Shown: piece by piece, positions 1 through 15,100 of the stretch | How the letters are laid out: every line of letters starts with the position of its first letter | Numbering within the stretch: position 1 is the stretch's first letter | NCBI GenBank assembly: GCA_033442325.1 | Contig: JAWQFM010000009.1 | Location: forward strand, 1,736,351 to 1,800,350 | Direction of reading: 5' to 3' | Source: Salpingoeca rosetta | Taxonomy: Eukaryota > Protista > Choanoflagellata | Length of the DNA stretch: 64,000 nucleotides | Position numbers and translations under genes: made by a program | Notes under the pieces: generated by a model | The model's input: the letters and a program-made list of their open reading frames with translations, nothing else | What the model was told of the DNA's origin: nothing | Databases searched by the model: none

Positions 1-510
1 TCGAGCAGGTGTTGAAGTGGACACGACGCCCGTATGTGTGTGTGTGTGTGTGTGTGTGTGCCTGTGCCTGTCTGCGCTGCTGTCTGTGTTGCTGTCTGTG
101 TGTAAGTGTGGATAAATGTACTTTCACACTTGTATGTGTGTGTGTGTTTGAGAACACTCGCGTGCCAAGGAACTCCCCTCACGCATCGCCTCCGTATGCG
201 TGTGCGCAGGATGATTTGGCGCTGTGCTTGCAAGCATCTGGACTGCGATCAGACGCATGTGCCGTGTATCGAAAACTCCTGCATGATATCCACACATTCG
301 CTGAGAACCACGCGCGAACCTTGCCCCTCTCGTTTGCCCCCGTGCGAGGTAAGCGATAGCTGACCACACAAGCTGGTGAAGGCTCATTGCGGCGTGCATG
401 CGTGTCTTCCTTCACACCGATTGTTCTCACAGCCGCCACCTGCAATGCTGTCAACACCTGTACACGTTGTGGCAGAGACCGTATTCGGAAGCGACACGCC
501 TCAACAACAA

Positions 511-542
<32 letters not shown>

Positions 543-946
543 ACAGCAGCAGCAGCAGCAGGCCGCCCTGTGTGTGTTTGGCGCTGCGCTGTGCTCGCCA
601 ACACAACCACCATCGTCATCGTCATTGCAGGCAGTCGCAACTGCATCACCCTCGTCGTCATCAGCAGCAGCAGCAGGAAAACTGGACAGTTTTTCCTTTT
701 CGTCTGCGCGTCTTGCCCGCACGCGTGAGCGTATGATTTCGCACAGGGCGGCGCTTGTGGACGTGTACATGTACACATATGCACGATACGCGCGTGTGCT
801 GAGAGCTCAACGTGACATCAACGCTGCAGTGGATGTTGTGCTCGAATGCATTGTCACCCTCTCCCACCTGCTCCATCAGTGGCCAGCGTGAGTTTGTGAA
901 CGACCGTGTATGTATGTATGTGTGTGTTTGTTTGTTTGTGTTTGTG

Positions 947-1010
<64 letters not shown>

Positions 1011-1928
1011 CGTGTGTGTGTGGTGCTGGAATCGTGCGACCTACGTGTTCAGTTTCATTCCTGTCATCACCATCACCATCACCACTGTCACCACCGTCAA
1101 TGTTGTCATCACAACAGGGTGTCGTGCAGTGCGCGTGCTCGGGAGTGGCGATGTGTCACCGCCCTCGACGCCATCCGCTTCATCCATTCCTGCAGCCGCG
1201 ACCAACGTGAGCCGCACACGCCCAACACCTTGTTGTATGCGCGTATGTATGTATGTATGTATGTATGTATGTATGTATGTATGTATGTATGTATGTATGT
1301 ATGTATGTATGTATGTATGTATGTGTGTATGTGTGTATGTGTGTGTGTGTGTACGCCTACACTCACTCGGTTGTGAATTGTGCCTGCAAGCATTAAGCCG
1401 TCGCGTGCACACTCACACCCTACCCTCATCGTTGTCCACGTGTTCCTCTCCCCAGACATGACCGCACCCCTTGGCGTCAACTTCGGCATCTTGCTCGACT
1501 TCACAGCGCGGTGCATGGTGGCGTTTGGCGCACACGTGCACCGCCATCTCCCGCACCACCGCCCCTTTGTCGCCGACGCAACGTCCGCTGTGCACGACAT
1601 GTGCACGTGGCGTCCATCCATGCAAGGTGCCAAGATGAGGTGGTGAGGGCAGGGACAGTGGAGTGGGGTTGCACTGTGCTGTGTGGATGGTATTTGTGTC
1701 ACTCGAACACAATCTCGGCACCAAACAAGCACACAGTAGGGCCACATGTTGGCACACACACACACGCTCACACGAGCTCATCGCTTGTCCAACCCCCATG
1801 ACCTGTGCGTTGGCAGCCTTGTCATCGACCCCGTCGAAGGCCATGGTCGCGGTGTCATCGTCGTCATCGTCTTCTTCGTTCCTGTCTCCGCTCAACAGCC
1901 TGACAGCAAGTCCCGCTCGCCACATCAC

Positions 1929-1976
<48 letters not shown>

Positions 1977-2968
1977 GCAACAACTTCAACAACAACAACT
2001 TAAACAACAACAACAAGCAGGTGGTGACAATGGTGATGATGCGTGTGAGTTACAGCTGCAGCAGAGAGCGGAATCAATTCCACTTTCGCCTGAGCATCAC
2101 CACATCCCCGCTTTTCCGCACACTGAGAGCAACGCCAGCCCGCGAACTGGCCACGTAGTTCGCAGACATGACGAAGAAGACAATGATGATGGCGGTGAAG
2201 GTGATGATGATGGTGATCACAGTGGTGGTGTTGCTGGTGACGAGAACAACAGCGGCACCGGTTGTGCTGACGGTCGTCAGAGTCACGACGATGAAGTGTT
2301 GCAGGAGCTGCTTGTTGTGCACGAAGCGTCTGTTGCGGATGCTGATGGCGATGATGACGGCGACAGCGTTGATGGCGTGTGTGGCGGCGGCGTGGAGGTT
2401 GTGCTTCATGGAGATGACGCGACACACACGCACGTACCCGCTGACACCGACCACAACCAGCAGCAACCATCCCGACAACAAGTACAACACCACCCGCATC
2501 CTGACCCGAGCATGAATGGCGCTATTGTTGTTGCTGCTGCTGCTGCGGGACGGCCCGGTGCCGACGATGACGGCCGCTCAGACAACACGATACAGATGCA
2601 CAGGGCGCGGTCGCCCCGGCCACCACCGCTGGCACCACCGGAGCATGAGAGCCCGCTGGCGCTGTCGACATCAGCACAGTCGGCCGTGAGTGGGGATGAG
2701 GGCAGCAGCGTCGCGTCGTCGCGGCCGTCAACGTGCGAGCCAGACGCATTCACGCGTGCAGGGGCACACGCGCAGCAGCGGTGGCTGCAGCCCGGTGAGT
2801 TGTGGTGTGCACACAATTGTCGTGTGATTTTTATCTTGTGTTTACATGTTCAAGATGGATGAAAGGAGGAGAATTTGTGGTTACATTATCTGTCTCGTTT
2901 TTGACTGCCACTCGCTGTTCTAACTCACCTGATGCGTTCTCATCCTTTGTTCATGTGCATATGTGCGT

Positions 2969-3006
<38 letters not shown>

Positions 3007-5516
3007 TCAGACAACTCTGATGTCGTTTCGCCGCTCGATTCTCCAATTCGCCGGACTGCGCCATCACCGCTGCGCAGAACACAGCGAGGTGTGAACATGT
3101 GTGTGTGTGTGTGTCTGTATTTGTGGTTATGTGGGACCGTGCACGTTTGTGACGCAGCCACAGTGCACAGCACCTGCGCAACCGCAACCACATGTTTGCA
3201 CCCGCACTCACGTCACTACCTGTGCACTCGTGTGTCATGGACAGGCGAACCCCGACAACAATGCCTTCAGGCAACGCTTGAGAAACGATCATCGCGCAGC
3301 ATGTACGCGCAAGGGTTGCATTTGCATCGTGTGTGCTAAGTTGCACAATACACACTAATGCGCCGCACTTGCAACTTGCATCTGCACTCACTCGCCACCC
3401 AAATTGCTCTATGGCTTGCGTACACACACACACACTCTCTCTCTCCACTCACGCAAACACACACTCTCTCCCCACTCACGCAAACACACACACATGCGCA
3501 CACACATGCGCACACACATGCGCGCACACACATGCACACTCACGTGCTCGTTTTGACAGCCTGCGCTCATGCCAAGACCTGTCGACGTTTTCGTCCGTGA
3601 CCATCAACATTGCGGAGGCGAGCATGCATCACTTTCAGATGGTATGAAACCCATGTTTTGCTGTCATGCTCATTGTAACACAAGAGGCCCAGCCTGCAGT
3701 GTTCTGCTCAACGTACTAGCATGCAACTTGTCTCCTGCACGAACACAAACACACACGAACGCACACACGCGCGCACAATTTCTCGTACCAGCCATACTTA
3801 CTCTCCCCCAACCCTCTCCAATCCACACCAACACTTACCGCCACATCATCCCCTCCCTGGTCAGCTGCCAAAGCGGCGCCTGGCGCTGGTTGCAATGCTG
3901 CAACTCGCTGCTCTCCACCTCGCACTCGGCAATCCCGTCGAGGCACAAGCCCTCTTTGCACACGCTGCCAGGTGCATGGCCTGTCCAGCTGTTCATGTAC
4001 ATTCGTGTGCGTCTGTGTACGTCCGTGTGTGTGTGTGTGCGTCCGTGTGTGTCTGTGTGTGCACGCGCGCATGTGCAAATGAGAGCCTGTCGTGTGGTGC
4101 TCCTGACTAACCTCCTCCACACACACTTTCCCACACAAGACGTACACAACTCACACATTCTCATGCTTGTGCTGTTCGTGCACTCTCCACAGGCAAGCGC
4201 AGGCCGACCGCTGGCTGTCGTTGCAGCTGGAGGCGCTACAAGGGCTGTGCGCGTGCCACGCTGCGAACATGATGTGGTCGCGCCTTGCGTCATGCTGCTG
4301 CCGGGTTCTCGCTGCACTCGCACGCATCGACTCCACCGTACTCTCCACTCGCCACAGCCCACCGACACAACTCGCGGTGTGTTTCGAAGCGATGCCTGCT
4401 GCGGTTGTGTGTGTGTGCGTGTGTGTGTGTGTTTGCTCTGATGGAATGGTGTTGCTCGATCTTGCACACATAATGTGCGCGCTGTGTGTCCTTCCCACGC
4501 CTGTATGCTGTTTCATATCAACTGCACCCTCTATCGTGCTCCTCATTGACTTTGCTGGCGTACACCACATCGTCACCACGCCTGCTAGCGCGAGTATTTG
4601 GAGCTGTTGTCTGCGATCACGCAGCACTCGCCATCCCTCCCACCGCTGTCACCAACACAGCTGCTGCAGGCCACCAAATGCACGCTTGTGCTGACGACGA
4701 TTGCACACGGTGCTCGGGACGCGCGTGACAGTGCAGACGCAGCACAACATGGTGTTGCATTCCATGCCGGCAGCACGATTGCAGTGGATTTGGTGCGTTC
4801 AGCAAGCAGGACAGATGTGGTTTCGTTGTATTGAGAGTTACGCATGCATCGTACACACATGTACTACACGCACTCGTGTGATCGAATTTCTCCTCATTAC
4901 CGTTTTGAAACCCACTCACTTACTCACACACCCACTCACTCACTCACTCACTCACTCACTCACTCACTCACTCACTCACTCACTCACTCACTCACTCACT
5001 CACTCACTCACTCACTCACTCACTCACTCACTCACTCACTCACTCACTCACTCACTCACTCACTCACTCACTCACTCACGCACTCACTCACTCACGCACT
5101 CACTCATCCACGCACTCACTCATCCACGCCACACACGGGGATGCAGACCATCACAAGCCAGGCGCCGCTCTCGCTGACGTTTGACACCATTGAACTACCA
5201 TGCTCTCCCCTGCACTATCATCCTCATCTTCATCGTCAACATCAACAACAGCTCTCACTGCCGCCGCTTGACCAACACGACAGCGACAAATCCGACAATG
5301 ACAGCGACCAGCAACAGCAAGACAGGCCAAGTCCCCACACTGCACACTCTGACAGAAGCAGCACCAGCAGCACCAGCAGCAGTGACGATGGTGATAACGA
5401 TGATGCTGCGTCATCTCTTGTTCTTCGCGCAACGACGGCGCCAATTTTGCTTGAGCCAGAGGGCAGAGAAACGCACATCCACTTGCAGGCCATTGCCACA
5501 AGGTGCGCCACCGCAG

Positions 5517-5571
<55 letters not shown>

Positions 5572-6615
5572 GTGTGTGGGGGGGGTGTATGTGTGTGTTT
5601 GTGTGTGTGTGTTGAGTAGCGTTGTTGTGGCTGACTGAAACAAACTCGAGCATGAGACGCCACTTCACACACGCACACACACATTCTTTCACACGCACAC
5701 TCACACACGCACTCACACACGCAACCATACACTCACATACACACACCAGAGGGGAGTATCGGGCGTCGTCTGTCGAGTTGCGAATGCACAACGCCGTCTT
5801 CACACTGCCGTTGGAACAGCTGTCAAATCCACTTCATTTCCGTGTGTCGCCAGCTGTGGATGACGTGCGGCTGTTTGCAGAGTGTGAAGCGAGCACACGA
5901 CACACAAACATGCACAAGAACGGAGGAAAAAGTGGGGCGCCGTCGCTGCAGCACGACGTGACCACGTGTGGTGTGCTTGAACGGCAGCACCAACCATTGG
6001 TGCTCGTGTTTGGCTGCCAGCAACACCATACACTGACCCTGTGCCCTGGTGCCCTTGGCACGAAAGCCCTGCGCGCTTATGTGCAGTCGCAGTCGCCGCC
6101 ACTGTCCATCAGCCTTGATGCCATCGTCACCACTGCATCGACCAGCCACAATGACGCCCATAGCAACAGCGACGACGACACTGTGCAACCCGCACAACGC
6201 GATGACGCAGCCACGATGGCTGTCGAAGGTGGGGAGCTGACGGTGCGCGGTGCAAACCAACAGCACGTCCGCCTGCGCGTGTGCTCGACAACAGTAAAGC
6301 GCTCGCGCCGCCAACGCCTCGTGACAACATGCAGCACGGCACACGCACCATCGCCAACACCAGCGCACCAGAATCATGAGCATCGCCAACATCGCCCTTC
6401 AATTGGAGACCAGGGCCAAGTCTTGCTGCTGGGCAGTGGTGAGCACGACGATAATGCAGATGATGTTGTTGCTGTTGATGATTACAATGCCGATGATGAC
6501 GACGAGGATGAGGATGGACCGCTGGCTGTAGATGCGCACGTGACATACACCCAACTCACATCTCTTGAGCGCAAGTCACACACGCGCAGACTTCCTACGC
6601 GGTCAGTGTTGTCTG

Positions 6616-6650
<35 letters not shown>

Positions 6651-7320
6651 GCTGTGCGTTGATGGTCGCAAGTGCATATGTTTACACGCGCACACCCACA
6701 GTCACTTTCACCTCTGTAGCGTTTCCTTCACACACACTCAAACTCACACTTCCACTTCACTTTCGCTTCCGCCGTCAACTTGCACTAACTCATACTTACA
6801 CAAACTCGTCGCCTCGCATGTATGGGTGGTTTGTTACACTGGTACAGTGTGTGTGATCTAGTGGCAGCGCGTTGTTGCTCTTGGGTTCAGGACTCACGCG
6901 TAATCCTGCGCATCGCACTCACTGTAAGCATATTGATTGTCCTGATGCAAACTGAAGCTTCTCTGTTCTATGTTTTGATGCAACCATATGCACCTGCCCG
7001 TATTCCTCCCATTTACGCTCTCTCAATCGCGGAACACACACACACACGCATGCATGCACGCTGCAGGACTTTGCTGCTGCATGTCGTGTTGAGACGGCGA
7101 CGCTGACCTTTGAAGACAGTGCGACTCAGCTGTCGTACACATGCACGCCGCTGTTCCCGACGGACGTGCCCTTCACTGTCTGCCATCCACGCCAAGAGAT
7201 CACACTTGCGTGGATGCTGAGTTTGCACAGCAGCAGCAGCGACAGCAGCAGCAACAGTGACACCGGCAATGACAGCAGCAACAACGCATTGCCGTCAACG
7301 CAGACGCCTGAGGTTGACGG

Positions 7321-7371
<51 letters not shown>

Positions 7372-7981
7372 CGGCATGCAGCAACTACTTCAATCCATGA
7401 CCGCGACCGCTGGGCTGTCAGTTGCTGTGTCGCCACTTGGTGACGAGCGCAATCACGCTGACAACGACACGTGTGACCAATTGGTGTCGTTCAACAACGC
7501 CCACACCATCGAATGGGATGTGGAGCTGCACCATCCCCGCTTCCTCCTGGAAGCGCAATGGCGCATTCCTTCATCCCACTCAAACGACAACGCCAACACC
7601 AGCATGGATAACGACAACACCGACACCGACACCGAGGGCATGTGGCCGGCTGGTCAGTGGATTGAGGTCACGTGCGCCCTCCACCTTCGATCGCTCGCTA
7701 TTGAGTCTGCACCCGGAGCAAACACGACGCAGGATCGACGTGCATGTGTTGGCGTTCCGGTGCACATTACAGTTGGTGCTGGGTGGCTCGTATCGGGTGC
7801 TGCGTCACGTGTCGTGCCAATGGAGGTTGGTGGCACCACCAACATGAACGTCATTCTGCTGCCACTCGTCAGCAACGCACCACCCAAGCCAACACTGTCC
7901 GTACAAGTGAAGGCTGACGGTGACAGCACCACCACTCACGCGACAACGCCCGTCATTGTCATCAACACCACGCACAATTGA
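1..7981 (+). CDS. TRAPPC10: TRAPPC10/Trs130-like trafficking protein particle complex subunit, multi-exon, 5'-partial, with polyQ/low-complexity insertions
   Basis: Exons include DDLALCLQASGLRSDACAVYRKL, LQLAALHLALGNPVEAQALFAHAAR and WLSLQLEALQGLCACH. The last exon GWLVSGAASRVVPMEVGGTTNMNVILLPLVSNAPPKPTLSV resembles the TRAPPC10 C-terminal W-x-V-x-G...PL...P motif. Stop TGA at 7979-7981. Internal exon boundaries are approximate. Confidence 0.65.
1244..1323 (+). repeat. (TATG)n intronic microsatellite
   Basis: Directly visible. Confidence 0.95.
4914..5122 (+). repeat. (CACT)n intronic microsatellite
   Basis: Directly visible. Confidence 0.95.
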
Positions 7982-8151
7982 GGGTGTGTGTCTCTGTCTG
8001 TGCATGTGTCTGTCTGTGTCTGTGTCTGTGTGGAAGTGTTGAACACACCTGTGTGCGTGTGTGCGTGTGTGTGGTTGTGTGCATTGCGAGCCATTCGGTT
8101 TCAATAGGACAACGAGTGAGCGGGGGAATTGCAATCGAGCAGAACCAAGCA

Positions 8152-8197
<46 letters not shown>

Positions 8198-8346
8198 CGA
8201 CGACGATGCAACCGCAAATAAACGAAATTGAGCCAACAACAGCCCTCGCCAGAACCAGTGACAGCAGAAGCAGGGGGTGAACGAAGGAGAGGAGAAGTGA
8301 GCGGGCACGTGTTGTGTTCTGCACGCGTTGTGCGTGGCGAAAGAGC

Positions 8347-11300
8347 TCACAGCTCTCCAACACAGGCCTCTCCCTGATCATGTGTTGTGACAAACGAGGA
8401 GAGTATTACAGTGAGCGTGCATGCGGCCACCAATCAATGCAACAAATAAAGCAAACACGCGGTCACACAATCACAAGTGCATGTACGTGCACCGACACAA
8501 GTGCACAAAAAAATGCAAGCAATCAAAAACAAACGCACAGCACAAACAAGCAAACACACAAGAGCAAACACAAAAGCACACAAACACACAAACAAACACA
8601 AACACGGGGCAGCACCTCATAGCAGAGATCGCCGGAGCGCATGGAGTTTCCGAGAACGCGCGTGAGGCGGTGGAGGTTTTGCCACCACGTGTGCCTGAAC
8701 GAAGGCGGAGGGTGGGTGACGGTTGGTGTGTGGTGTCAGAAACAATGAATGGGCGTGAATATGGTCTGGGGACAGGGTGAAAGGTGTGGCATGTGAAGAT
8801 TGAAAGGACACAAACGGAACTAATAGCGCATCGCTCACACGCGCATTCGTTGAAACACGTGCATGGACACGGTCTTCAAATCAGTCCCAAGTCAACCCAT
8901 ATTCAGCCACTGACTTGTTGGTGCGGAGAGCAACGTCCGTGATTGGCTCCAGTTGCTGTTGTGCCGCAGAACAAGCCAAGCAGGGAGGATAGGAAGGATA
9001 GGAAGGATAGGGAGGATAGGGAGGATAGGCCCATGAAAACGCATAAGGAGTTGTGAGATCAGGAACACAGCAACCTACTCTCCAAAGCCGACGTACAAAC
9101 CAAGCAACCACGTGCAAGGCATCATGTGTGTGTGTGATGTGTGTGGGTCGAACCTCAAAAGCGGTGGCCGTGCGAGCGCTGTCGTGTGTCCCAATGACAG
9201 CGGCACTGGAGCAGGGGACGATTAGAGGATGTGAGACAGGCGACTGAGTACGCGATCACACGCAGATGCACATGCGCATGCACGCGCACATGTTCGCGTC
9301 CACCAACACGTACATGCACGCGCAGATGCATATGCACACACGAACACTCACAAACGCAAACGCGCGTGCATGACAGGACGAACCTCTCTGGTGAGTTGGT
9401 GGAGACGACGCCGTTCTCGTCCACGTTCTCCGTCATGTGCTGCAGCAGGAACTGCACACAGCTCGCCCCGAGCCGGCAGCCGTACACGCGGTCGAGCGGG
9501 GAGGGGGTCCCACCCTGTTGCGCAAACAGGAGGTGATGGTGAGCAGAGCGAATGAAGGCGGTTGAATGTGTTACCCGCGTGGATACATCGAGGTTAGCAC
9601 ACAAACATGCGCACACCCGCGCGCAACAACAACAACAAAACAAACCCTCAAGCCGTACTGACAAACACATGTGATCACCAACACCCTGGACAACTGTGCT
9701 GCACCTGCTGCAAGTGCCCGAGAATGACAGATCGCACGGAAAACGCCGTATCGTCCTTCGTCTCCGGCTTTCCTTCCTCATCAAGAACTGGCAACACAGC
9801 AGGCATGTCGTGTGAGTACATGTGTGTGTGTACAAGTGTGTGTGTGTGTGTATGTAGGGTGTCGACAAATTACTCTTGGTTTGGAATGAGGTGACCACAT
9901 TACAGCATGCGTCGGTGTTGCTCAATGTCTCTTCCTCCTCCTGCTCTCGCCAGTCACCTTTGCTGAGGAATTGGGTGTCATAGTTTTGGCTGCTCCGCTC
10001 GCTGCGCACAATCACCGCACACGACAGCTCCTGTGTTGGTGCATGCGGCAGACAAAGAATTGTCAAGTGGCAGGAAGGGGAGTGGCAGACAGTGAGCGGC
10101 ATGCAATTGACACACGAGCAGTATCAAGCCCAGCAGTACGCAGCAATACACGCACACACACAAACAAAGGTCCACACGCACTCACACGCGCACTCACACG
10201 CGCACTCACACACAGGTCCACACACTCACACACGCGCGCGCTCACACAGGTCCACACACACGCCCACACGCCGCTTTCTACATCACGCTTGCCACAACTG
10301 TAACGACATTGATGATGGCTGCACCTTGAACTTGCGATGTAGGTTTGCAATGTCTGCAGAGATGTGGCGAAGGCGCACGCCCTCTTCACGGATGTACGCG
10401 ACTGCATGGGCAAGCACATTGCGAAAGGGAGGTGAGCAAGGTGACCTTGATAGTGGTGATGAAGCACGTGTAGCGAGGCATCGCTGTGAGACATTGCAAA
10501 ACCATGAGAGACTGCAAATCACAGACTGGACCAGGTTTACACACGCACACAGACACACGCACACGCACACGGACACACACGTCTGTGTGCATGCATGCAA
10601 GCAACACATGCCCGGGCGATGACTCACTGTCGGCGCCGCCTGCGAGCGCGCCGATGGAGGCGAGGAAGCCGCAGTTGTGACCCTGCGTCTCAACAATAAA
10701 CACGCGCCTAACACAGTGGCATCGTGACATCATGGCATTGTGGCATTGTGACATTGTGGCAGCGGTACGGGGCGGTCACGGATGGTATGCACACGACCAA
10801 CAACAACAACAATCAACACGAAAGGACTGTTGTACAGCACCACTCACAAGGTTCATGGCGGGCACCATCATCATCATCATCAACAACAACATTCCGACCA
10901 CCACCACCATCAACAACAACAACACGTCGACTACGACCACCACCACCATCACCACCATCACCACCATTCCTGATCTCTGCCGCACCTGCGGGAGGAGCGA
11001 GCGGACTGCTTGACGCAATCGATGGCGCCGACAATCGTGTTGAGCGCCGTGTCCGACCCAAGACTCGTCGTGGTGCCCGGCACGTTGTTGCTGATGGTCG
11101 CCGGGACAAGCGTCAGTGGAATGCGGAACTCAGGGAACTCATCACGCGACTTGAACAGGTGCGTCATGGCGGCGTAGCCCTCAAACCCGCCAATGCACAC
11201 CATGGCCTGCGCACATGGTGTGGTGTCATCCGTGCGTGCGTGTGCGTGTGTGTGTGTGTGTATGTGTGTGTGTGTGTGCATGCGTGTGTCAGAGAGATGC

Positions 11301-11495
11301 GGAGATATTTCCATCACGGCCAGCATGTGTTCAACATCATGCAACAATGATCAGGACAGCAACACGACTCACGTGGATGTTGTACTTCTTGAGCGTGGCC
11401 GCCACCTTCGTCAGACCATCCGGAACATCAGACGGGAGCAAGCGCTCAGCACCGAGGTTGCACCCGCCCTGCGAGGCCCACCTGATTCGTGATGT

Positions 11496-11540
<45 letters not shown>

Positions 11541-11558
11541 GTGTGCGTGTGTGTGTGC

Positions 11559-11614
<56 letters not shown>

Positions 11615-11615
11615 G

Positions 11616-11660
<45 letters not shown>

Positions 11661-12110
11661 TGACGATGAGCATGAGGATGATGAGGACGAACGAGATCAC
11701 GGTGTATGTCAACTAAACCCCTTCCCTCCCTCCCTGTACACGCACACGAAAGCACTTCTCACCCCTTGACGGTCTGCCACTCCAGAGGGATGATGTCATC
11801 ATCAAAGATGCTGTGTGAAAGAACAGTGCATTGGTGAAGTGACGTGAGGGAGCGCCGTCCGAGATGCACACACACACGCACACGCACACGCACACGCACA
11901 CGCACACGCACACGCACACGCACACGCACACGCAAATGTGCACACACAGGCAATGCAAAAAGGGATGCACGCACCCCATGAAGCCGCCCCGCGCGCCGTA
12001 CACCTTATGACCGCCGTTGAGAAAGTCGCGGGTGATGGCTTTTGCACACGCGTTCATGCCCGCAGCGGGAGCACCCGTGTGGAACACGAGCACGTTGAAC
12101 ACATGCTGTT

Positions 12111-12150
<40 letters not shown>

Positions 12151-15100
12151 CAGCAGCACACGAGTTGGTGGTGGTGGTCGATGCAACATGACGTTCGCGT
12201 TGGTGAGCGGGTGCAACAATGCGCACACATTTGTACGCGTGAACCAAACATGTTGCACAAACGACGAATACACACGCAAATCCACACACACGCAAACATA
12301 CATACACACACACACATACATACGCATACACACATGCACACGCGCGCACTGCACACCTTTGGAGGCTCGTCCATGTGGTGCTGGCGAATGCGCAGGAAAA
12401 TGTTGAGTTCCTGGCGGAAAACAGGTCCTCTCAGTTCGCGAACTTTCTCAAACGCGCGATTGTCCAGTTCCGTGCCAACCTGACGCAAGGCGAGCAGGGT
12501 TTGTGGAGGCGAGTGAAGGAATGAACACAAGATACACATACAACCGCCCCGAGCACACGCCGAGACAAGCGTGGGGAGTGATTTGTCTCTGCCGTGCAAC
12601 GTCAAGAAACACACGCACACACGTGCACGACAAGGTAAACCGCAACACAACTCAACGACAACAACAACACCACCACCACCACCACGATGACTGTTCTCCC
12701 TGGTCTGCACCTGTCGCGTTTGCTCTACGGCCTCCGTCAGGTCCAGCTGTCAACGATGGACAACACGAGACGACAAGGGGCGGCAGCAGTGACGCGAGGA
12801 GTGGGAAGAAGTGACACATGAATGACGGGGATACAAGACCACAGACAAAGTGAGAGGTTGTTTAAACGAGTCATTGGCACCTTGAAACTTCGCAAAAGGA
12901 AACACAGGGGAAAGGCACGTGCGTGCACTCGAATGCGTGCAAGCACGTGCCGGGCGTGTCCGTACCTGCACAATCCTGTTACCCTGCGCCCCAATGATGC
13001 GAGCTGGTGTTTCGGGCGTTGCGTTGAGCACAGCAAGCGCCGCCTCCGCGCCGCACCGCGTGGCCTGCAGGTGTGTGTGTGTGTGTTTTGTGTGTGTGTG
13101 TTTTGTGTGTGTGTGTGTGCAACTATCGACACATACAGAAAAACGCATATTGTAACACCAACTCGTCAGCGCATCATGGGCCAAATCAACCCATCCCCAT
13201 CAGGCACCCCTCCACCACGCCACCGGCCGCCACATACAAGAATGCGGTCGAATGCGGACGGCGCACCCCCGCGCTGGACGTGCCCGAGCGTCGTCACGCG
13301 CGTGTCGTGACCGAGGTTGTCGCAGCACACCTGATTGCACACGCGCACATATACAGCAGCCACCCGCACCGCGTAAGGTGCACGTCCCTTGGAGACACGC
13401 GTGCGCATATACCACACCAACAACAGAAGCACAAACACACAGAAGATACACATACACGTACAGCTTCACACAAAGATGCACACCCGCGTGTGCGGGAGCA
13501 GTGCAGCACCTGCTTGACAATGTCGGCCGTGATGGGATTGCGGTGGATGTCGGTGGCGCCCTCAGCCAGGATGATCAGAGAGAAGTTTGTGTACCTGCAG
13601 CCCAACACCATGCGCGTGGTGAGCAAGGCGATGATGTCTGCGTGCGCGCGTGTCTGTGTGCGTGTGTGTGTGTGTGTCTGTGTGTCTGTGTGTGTCTGTG
13701 TGTGTCTGTGTGTGTGTGTGTGTGTGTCTCTGTCTGTGTGTGTGTCTGTGTCTGTGTGTGTGTGTGTGTTTCTCGTACGCAAAAGGAGCAAGTGTAATGT
13801 AAGTTCAAGCATGTGTGTGTTTGTGTGTGTGTTCAGACCTGCGTCGCCTGAGGAGGGAGTCGCACATGGCGGCCTTCCAATCCTCCACTGGTGGCGGGTG
13901 CTCCGGCACCAGCACAAAGTCGGCGCCGCACGCGAGCGCAGCCATGAGGGCGAGGAACCCGCAGTTGCGGCCCATCACCTCCACGATGAACGTCCGCTGG
14001 TGGCTCATCGCAGTCCTGGTGGTTGGAGGAGTGAGGAAGGTGGGGATAAGAGAAGATGGGGCTGGTGTTGAGGCAGGTGGCAATCATAATTGTACACACA
14101 CACACACGCGCGCACACACACACACGCACGCACGCACGCACGCGCGTTCACACTCTGGTGCTCACGTGGTGAGGGCGTCGACGGCTTCGCAGATGCGATG
14201 AAGTGCAGAGTCGCAGCCGATGGTCATTGAAAACCCGCACATGTCGTTGTCAATAGAGCCAACCTGTGATACGCACACGCACGCACAACACATACACGCA
14301 CAGACAGAGTAAGGACGAGACGTGGATCTTAACATCAACCTTGAGCTTGTCACGCACGCACTCACATACATACATACATGCATGCATGCATGCATGCATG
14401 CGCAAGCAATTCAAGGGTGTGCACACCATGCCCATGAGGGAGAGGAACTTGTGCTCCTCAAACTGCTGCTCCGTGATGGTGCCTTCCTCCTTCAGTTCGG
14501 CGAGGAAATCCGGCCACTCCTGCTTGAACACATGCGCGCCCGTCAGCGTGCCATCGCCGCCAATCGCAATCTGCAGCCAATCAATGTAGCACGGCAGTGG
14601 TGCAGGGGGGGGTGTAGAGGTGTGGTGGTGGTGGTGGTCATGTGGTGGTCACGTCAAAGAAAGAAGCACAAACAAAACAAGCAAGCTATCATACCAGCTT
14701 GAGAAGCAACCATGCACACACGCACGCACACGCACGCACACGCACACGCGCACGCACACGCACACGCACGCACACACGCACACGCACACGCATACAAGGT
14801 CACAGCATGAGCATGAATACACGGCTGTACCCACCAACCCAGATGATTGAAGGCAGTGGATGCACTTACGAGGCAGTTGATGTCGTACTTGACGAGATTC
14901 TGGGCAGCCTGCTTGCGGCCCTCCCGCGTGCGGAATTCCTTGCACCGCGCACTGCCAATCACCGTGCCGCCCTTGGCCACGACGAAGCGTCAACGGTAGT
15001 GACGGAAGTGTTGGGTGTTGATGGTGGTGGTGGTGGTGGCGATTATGGTGATGGTAATGGCGATGTTGATGGTAATGGCAAAAGTGGTGATGGCGGTGAA

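Noticed and set aside
8983-9029. 9-bp GGATAGG(A/G)A tandem repeat, and similar (TGCACAA)n at ~52705, (CACAT)n at ~45031 and CCACTCA-type repeats at ~62610
   Set aside because: Short intronic tandem repeats with no spacers or cas genes. Not CRISPR or telomeric arrays.
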